A stretch of 63,251 nt of DNA, counting the filler, from Globobulimina sp. (taxonomy: Eukaryota), in assembly GCA_003354225.1 (NCBI GenBank). It is 55 parts of 55 records of this genome, joined end to end, with 100 filler letters (N's around TTAATTAATTAA, not from the genome) between each part and the next. Parts side by side here need not be neighbours in the genome. Positions count along the whole stretch, not along the records: positions 56,446 to 57,496 come from PIVH01024813.1; positions 57,597 to 58,647 come from PIVH01024814.1; positions 58,748 to 59,798 come from PIVH01024815.1; positions 59,899 to 60,949 come from PIVH01024816.1; positions 61,050 to 62,100 come from PIVH01024817.1; positions 62,201 to 63,251 come from PIVH01024818.1; 49 more parts are not named here. One strand, written 5' to 3'. Position numbers and translations under genes: made by a program. Shown here piece after piece: positions 57,214 to 63,251 of the stretch (its first letter is position 1; the number at the start of each line of letters is the position of its first letter). The notes below the pieces were generated by a model that worked only from the letters and a program-made list of their open reading frames with translations, ran no database searches and was not told the origin of the DNA.

Positions 57214-57351
57214 GATATATTCCAAAAGATAACCCCCCGTTTGGATAACCACCCCTTGACACCCCTTTGTATACCGAAAATTCAATTATAAATTTGTTCT
57301 GACTTTGTTCTGGATTTGCAAACCCAAGACAAAGTTATAAAAAACACAGAA
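57214..57351 (-). repeat. Dispersed repeat family B copy, with an insertion in the C-run
   Basis: Reverse complement of 14454-14568 plus about 23 extra nt. Confidence 0.9.
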
Positions 57352-57488
57352 CTAAAATAGTAACTCAATAGTTGCTAAATCGTTGCTGAATAGCCTAGGT
57401 TTCTAAATAGTTACTAAATAGTTATCCATTATCGTTTTTGTTTTGAAATAATTACTAAATAGTTTCTAAATAGTAACTAATTAGTTGC
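57352..57488. repeat. Degenerate 11-nt tandem repeat (CTAAATAGTTA)
   Basis: About ten variant units directly adjoining the family B copy. Confidence 0.75.
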
Positions 57489-57596
57489 ATTTTCGTNNNN
57501 NNNNNNNNNNNNNNNNNNNNNNNNNNNNNNNNNNNNNNNNTTAATTAATTAANNNNNNNNNNNNNNNNNNNNNNNNNNNNNNNNNNNNNNNNNNNN

Positions 57597-58646
57597 AATC
57601 ATAGCCAATGCATTCCGTGGTTGATCCATCGGTACCATATGTCCGGCATTCAATACTTTTAAAAACGTGAATCCAGCATACGATTGAGAATAACCTGCAA
57701 TTTTATTATCCACAAACCATGTTATATTTTTAGCATTATTCCATTGGGTATTTCCACTCCAATTTAATTCCTTGACCCATTTATATCCTCCATACCAATT
57801 ACAAATAAAATCATATTCGCCATGATATATTAACGCAGTTATATTATTTTCAATCATTTCTGGAATATCCACCGCAAAATTCAACATCCAATCACCTGCC
57901 AATATTAATTCAATCCCCACTCCGTTAGAACACGCTTCCCATTTATTTTTAGCTGCATTTAAACCATTGATTGTTGAATTTAAATTGAAAAACAAATCAA
58001 TATCAGTAAAATTATAACATAATGGTGGCATCGTACATGGCTCCCTTACATCATATTTATTAATGCCGGTGCTTTCTATGGGTAACTCTTCACATAAGTC
58101 ACAAATACCCGTTGCTAAAATACATGCCTCCCATCCTTCTAATGTCTGTGAACAATTATTAATTGCAGCTAAACACCGTGGCAGGCATTCCAACATTAAC
58201 TCATATTCATCTCTTCCAATTACACCATAATCCAATGCATAATCTGCATATTCTTGATATTGATTGTATGGATCAACTAATCCATCGCCAATGGCAAATC
58301 CTGCTAAATTTATCCCAATGTTGCCTGCTTTTAAATTCTTGTTTTCATCAAAAATATGTTTGCTGAAATGAGGAACATAATGTCCAGCATAGGACTCACC
58401 AGTGACATACAATGGCAATGCTGCGTATTTTGCATGGTCTTTCAAGAATTGTTGCAATAATTCATACAAATCAGCAGCAACCTCATTCTCTGTGTAGACA
58501 CCATCGATAATAGGTCTATCACCATAAGAATATCCAGAACCGGCTGGGCTATCAATCCACATAATATTACTCGCATTATTCCATGAAAACGGATTGATTT
58601 GTAATTCCGTGTAACTGTTGTTTTTTAATACATATGGACCATTTTC
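57597..58646 (-). CDS. Serine carboxypeptidase (peptidase S10), both ends truncated
   Basis: ENGP, NPFSWN, IDSPAGSGYSY, TGESYAGHYVP (catalytic Ser), GEYDFICN (Asp), NAGHMVPMDQP (His). Confidence 0.95.
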
Positions 58647-58958
58647 CNNNNNNNNNNNNNNNNNNNNNNNNNNNNNNNNNNNNNNNNNNNNTTAATTAAT
58701 TAANNNNNNNNNNNNNNNNNNNNNNNNNNNNNNNNNNNNNNNNNNNNGATTAAACAAAAATAAGCCCAATTAATCAGATATAAACAGATTAGTTGAAAAA
58801 ATGTATTAACTCACAAAAAGAGACAAAAAATGCTATATTCTTAACACAAATTTGCTTAAAGTATATGCTTAATGTTACTCGTTAGCGATACAAAGAACTA
58901 ACGAAATAACCAGTAAACACAATAAATACGCCACCGACAGTGGCGTCTATGACAAAAG

Positions 58959-59729
58959 TTAGCAGCTTTGGTGACCCGTATTATTGTGAGGGCCACCAAA
59001 CTTATTTAGAGATATTTGCATATTATTAATATTATTATTTGTAACAAAAATATCATTGTCACTATCTTGATCCATTTCGCTGTCATTATTTTCATTATTT
59101 GTGTCTTTATTTGCAACAAAATTTATATTCCCATTGGATTCGGTCCATATTTTATTTTTTAACGCATATTTTATGGTTTCTACCGGTGATATTTTATGCG
59201 CTTTATAGTTAAATATCCTTTGCATTGCATCAATTAATAATGGTTTTGCAAAGCTGCACTTCGAGACTTTCATCGCTTGTTTTTGTATTTCTTTAATTAC
59301 CGGATCATGTATGCGAATCTCATCAATTTTTCGCTGAAAATCCGTCGTTTGAATCTCGTTTTTGATTAATAACTTTGGGTCGGACTGGTTTTTAATTGAA
59401 CCAATTCTCGAGATTCGTATTTTGAGCCCGCATGGAAGCCCATTTATTGTCCAATTTGTGGGAGAAAATGAGCGTTCATCACCTTCTAATTTTTCAATCC
59501 TTGTATTCGATGATAACTCAAATTGATTGTACTGAAAAATGCGATGTAATGAGTCAAATGAATTGAAAATTTCCCATTGATGCGGGATTAATTCCGGGAT
59601 ATTGATTGATAAAAATATACATATTTGTTGCAACGATGACTTTTCTTTAATACTACACGACGAAAATGCAGCGTTTAAGCCATGAATGCGATATTTATAA
59701 GTGGCAGACTGAATCTCTACCATTGCCAC
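58959..59729 (-). CDS. Hypothetical protein (possibly retroelement ORF1-like)
   Basis: 256-codon open frame; no diagnostic motif. Confidence 0.35.
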   Translation of the reverse strand: MAMVEIQSATYKYRIHGLNAAFSSCSIKEKSSLQQICIFLSINIPELIPHQWEIFNSFDSLHRIFQYNQFELSSNTRIEKLEGDERSFSPTNWTINGLPCGLKIRISRIGSIKNQSDPKLLIKNEIQTTDFQRKIDEIRIHDPVIKEIQKQAMKVSKCSFAKPLLIDAMQRIFNYKAHKISPVETIKYALKNKIWTESNGNINFVANKDTNNENNDSEMDQDSDNDIFVTNNNINNMQISLNKFGGPHNNTGHQSC

Positions 59730-59898
59730 CTAAAAGTGATACGAGTTTACGACTGCGCACTAAATGTTTATCTACCAAAGGATTTTCCAGATCATCAGNN
59801 NNNNNNNNNNNNNNNNNNNNNNNNNNNNNNNNNNNNNNNNNNTTAATTAATTAANNNNNNNNNNNNNNNNNNNNNNNNNNNNNNNNNNNNNNNNNNNN

Positions 59899-60949
59899 GA
59901 CAGCGCGTTTGGAGCACATCGATTTCTGTATGACGGACACGTGCAAAATCAACAGGGGATTGAGAATTTAGTGATGGAGCATAAACCTGACGGTATTTGA
60001 CTATTTTTTTGCATTTTCTATAACAAAATAAAACGTATGCAGATGCAGATAAACAAATTAATTTCTCGCATTCGTATGCAACACAGCCTGATAATTCTGT
60101 GCGATCTGCAGAAACCTATACGATGATAAATATATATTTGCGTTGGACGATGAAGGTATATTGTTTCGTTTTTCTTACATTGCAATTGTAACAATTAAAA
60201 AGTTGTAATTTATTATAAAAATGGTACTGATACGGCCGGAATCACATTTCGTAGCAACGCAGATGTTCAAGAAAATGGTACACTTTCTTTAGAAGGCACC
60301 ACATCTTCACAAAGAGTTCAATTTACATATCAATCGTTGGTCATTTGTGGTATACAATTAAGTTCGGAATAAAATAAAGATGGATGCATGCAATATCCGC
60401 GTAGCTCAATTGGCAGAGCTTTGGTTGCGTTGAACTAAATATACAGGTTCGACTCCTGTCGTGGTACATCAATCAATTCAGTCATCCAACACACAGACGG
60501 AGACAGCGTACGTTGTATTTCTGTGAATCCGACTGTTTCACCAACAAATACGGTAACTATGTCTGCCATGCATATGCCTGATGGACGCAGAGAACAACAA
60601 CTGTTCAAGGCGATGGATCCATAAATAATGGCTGGATTACAGACCAATATTATTTGTACATTGCTATTTCTGGCGGAGTTTTGTGCTGTTGTTTGATTGG
60701 TGTGTAATAATAATGTTTTTTGTTTGTTGCGTTGTATACATTACACACAAATCAGTTTTATTGTTTGCGAGAAGAAGCAAAAAAGAGAAGAAATATATGG
60801 GGCCGACGTCGACAGATCTCGTTGAAATTACGTCAGTGTCCGAATTGAGGGCAGATAAAAGTAATGAGAACTCACCAAACAATGTTATAGAAGATATGAT
60901 GAAAATTATTGAAATTGAGAATAAAAAAGACAATGTACAGAAAGATGAT
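59899..60949 (+). pseudogene. Frameshifted type I membrane protein remnant with introns, interrupted by a tRNA-like element
   Basis: Fragments SVNPTVSPTNT, YLYIAISGGVLCCCLIGV-stop and KKYMGPTSTDLVEIT lie in different frames; GT-AG intron-like segments near 59993 and 60156. Confidence 0.45.
60395..60467 (+). tRNA. tRNA-like gene or pseudogene with an 8-nt anticodon loop (TGCGTTGA; Asn-GTT-like) and a frayed acceptor stem
   Basis: TAGCTCAATTGGCAGAGC D-arm (A box), TTGGT/ACTAA anticodon stem, ACAGG-TTCGACT-CCTGT T-arm (B box); only 5/7 acceptor pairs. Confidence 0.7.
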
Positions 60950-62816
60950 NNNNNNNNNNNNNNNNNNNNNNNNNNNNNNNNNNNNNNNNNNNNTTAATTA
61001 ATTAANNNNNNNNNNNNNNNNNNNNNNNNNNNNNNNNNNNNNNNNNNNNTGCCAGCAAAGAAATTGGTATTGACTGTGCCAAGAAAAGTGGGTATTGTTG
61101 ATGTCTTGAAACCATACATGAAGATGAAGAAGATGAACAAGTCAATATCGATTCAGCTCATTGTTTGATGCATTTTGGTGGTTAGAATATTTTATGTATG
61201 GGCTAAACATGCTGAGCATGTGTAAATTTGTCAAATGGTCTAGCATGTAATGCTAAAAAATATTTTGCTCAAATAACCCCACCCAGGTAATTATCATGTT
61301 AGTAGTAATTATGTGCCATCGCCAGGTGTACTGTAATATCATCAGTATATAATAGCATTTTACTGTATCATTGCAATATATACTTACTGATACTAATATA
61401 TTGCAACTAAATGAAACTTGGGGTTATTGATTGTGATGTGATGTCTTTGTTTCGTAGGTAATTTAATAAAAGTTTAGTAAGGTCAGTGTTGTGAAAAGCA
61501 TTTTATGGTAAAAGGCAGCTTTTTACTCTTTTGCAAAATAACAGGGTATTAAGAACGTGTAATTTTGTATTTTTGCCAACAAAATATTCCCTGATGTTTT
61601 CCATTTTTCATGTTGTAGTATATTGATTTATTATTAATTCAAAAAGGTTAAAATACTTGGAATATTTTATGACAATACATTTTGTTGTGTTGTTATAAAA
61701 TAATCAAAAAAAATCCGGTTTCTGATTTTATATCGATAATAATACAAAAATGTATTCCTTGTTATATATTATATTATTACCTTTCTCATGTTTATAAATA
61801 AAAATCCTACATTTATGTTATAAATTTTGTATTATCTCATGTTTGCTACATAACTGTACATCTCATGTGTTACATGTAATGCTAATTAAGAAGAGATAGC
61901 ATAAACTGAAATGTTGTATTCTTATTGAATAAAATTTGCAAAAGGTTTTCAGTGTTTTCAGTTTGGTGAAATGTGTTGATCGATAGTATGAGCTATGTTA
62001 TATGTTGTCTAATGTTCTAAGTGCCCATCAGTTGTATTAATGATCCTAGGGGGGAAAGTTCCATTGTTCGAAGTTTGATCCATTCATGTCAGTAAATCAG
62101 NNNNNNNNNNNNNNNNNNNNNNNNNNNNNNNNNNNNNNNNNNNNTTAATTAATTAANNNNNNNNNNNNNNNNNNNNNNNNNNNNNNNNNNNNNNNNNNNN
62201 CAATTTATGGCGCTATCTCTAAGTGTTTGGAAATCAATAATTTCTACATTAACTTCATTGCCATTTAATTGTGTAATTAATCTGTTTCCATATATTGGCC
62301 CTTCCCATTCATCCACCAACATATCAATTAACTTCGTTATTCTATTGTCATGTATTAATGATTGAGTATAACAGATAATTGTTGTGTGCGGTGTACTCTG
62401 TTTGCAGATATCATTCAATTCGATAATAACCTATTTATTTAAAGAAAACAAGTCTTCTGATAACAGAGGCTACAGAAGATTAAGATGTGTAATAACTTCT
62501 GTGGTTGCTTTAAAAACTGCTGTTTCTCGTTCCAACAGATGATTTTTAATTTTCTCTTTTAGAACTGGTTTGGAATCAGCCAGGAATTTCTTATATTCAT
62601 TATCAGGACAATACACCCATTTTACACTGGATGGACGCTTGTTGCTTGACTGCTTGACAGCATTTAGCATGACGAAAGCAAGAATACTAGTATTCTTGAG
62701 GAAAGGTTGATGTTTAAAAACTTAGCTATATATATAGAGTTTTATAGCTTTCAGCATATTTATCTTTTTAATAAGCCCCTTTTCATAGAAACATTGACAA
62801 GAATAATTATAAACAA

Positions 62817-63251
62817 ATGATATCCCGCCTGAAAATTGCTCAGAGTTCCAGCATTGTAGCTATTTGTGTTTGTATAGTAGCATTGATATATGATGACTTA
62901 TCAGGATATCGAGAGAACAATTCACATTTATTAGTATGTGGATGGAATGGTGTTTGTTTCAAAGAATCACCATCAGACGAATTTGATTGTATCGAATATG
63001 AAGATTGCGATAAATTGGATATCGAAACTTTTCCAAATGATAATTGTTCAACACATGAGAGAACCGGAGCAATATATCTAGGATTTAGCATAATATCCAT
63101 AGTGTTATCAACATTAATTATTGTAGCAAATAAATGTACGCCATCCTATTCATTTAGAATTTTAGCATTGATATCTGCGATTTTATGTATGTTTGCAGCA
63201 ACTTGGTGGATTAAACAGGCAAATAAAGGATTTAAATGTTATAACACCAGT
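62817..63251 (+). CDS. Claudin/PMP22-like tetraspan membrane protein, 3' truncated by the window edge
   Basis: Manual translation: TM1 IVAICVCIVALIY, loop CGWNGVC...C...C...C, TM2 GAIYLGFSIISIVLSTLIIV, TM3 ILALISAILCMFAATWW; absent from ORF track. Confidence 0.6.
   Translation, partial: MISRLKIAQSSSIVAICVCIVALIYDDLSGYRENNSHLLVCGWNGVCFKESPSDEFDCIEYEDCDKLDIETFPNDNCSTHERTGAIYLGFSIISIVLSTLIIVANKCTPSYSFRILALISAILCMFAATWWIKQANKGFKCYNTS

Noticed and set aside
3521-58646. Alternative genetic code (stop reassignment)
   Set aside because: Conserved genes terminate at TAA, TAG and TGA at expected positions; apparent internal stops are explained by introns
58928-58946. ACGCCAC/GTGGCGT hairpin as a rho-independent terminator
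   Set aside because: Only 7 bp with a weak T-tract, and no evidence the contig is bacterial
61050-62100. Contig searched for genes or structured RNA
   Set aside because: AT-rich with no ORF, repeat or fold that could be supported
1098-62156. Regularly spaced TTAATTAATTAA as a CRISPR-like or biological periodic repeat
   Set aside because: Always centred in N44 padding; it is a six-frame stop linker added during concatenation
62680-62697. Perfect 18-nt palindrome AAGAATACTAGTATTCTT
   Set aside because: Single AT-rich occurrence with no supporting context

Overview
This window is not a contiguous locus. It is 55 unlinked ~1 kb contigs sorted by length (13 x 1053, 20 x 1052, 22 x 1051 bp), joined by 54 identical artificial 100-nt spacers (N44-TTAATTAATTAA-N44), so adjacency across spacers means nothing. 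Most contigs are AT-rich eukaryotic genomic DNA with short (54-113 nt) GT-AG introns. The gene-family mix (divergent G-alpha, RGS, GRK-like kinase, orphan 7TM, SAM, TLDc, Cys-rich surface proteins, many frameshifted copies) resembles a foraminiferan/rhizarian protist; this is an inference, not verified. Recognisable genes include GCSH, H2A, TAF9, NDUFAF6, YIPF1/2, JMJD7, NAGLU, sulfatases, a sulfotransferase, an S10 carboxypeptidase, a PKG/PKA-type kinase, an ion channel and an ICMT-family methyltransferase. Bacterial DNA occurs as one mostly bacterial contig (GT4) and as fragments fused to eukaryotic sequence (IS66, glgA, coxB, rubrerythrin), most likely amplification or assembly chimeras. 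Mobile DNA includes two non-LTR retrotransposon pieces, intron-containing MULE-SWIM and CxC/KDZ-like transposases, a 189-bp MITE with 58-bp TIRs and 7-bp TSD, and two dispersed repeat families. Best candidates for novelty: a repeated 64-nt minimal tRNA-like cloverleaf, a tRNA-like gene with an 8-nt anticodon loop, a bias to GTT 5' splice sites, a CaaX-ended GRK-like kinase, a switch-II-degenerate G-alpha and an FN3-PIMT fusion. No complete multi-gene novel system can be demonstrated from 1 kb fragments. All family assignments are by motif recognition, without database searches.
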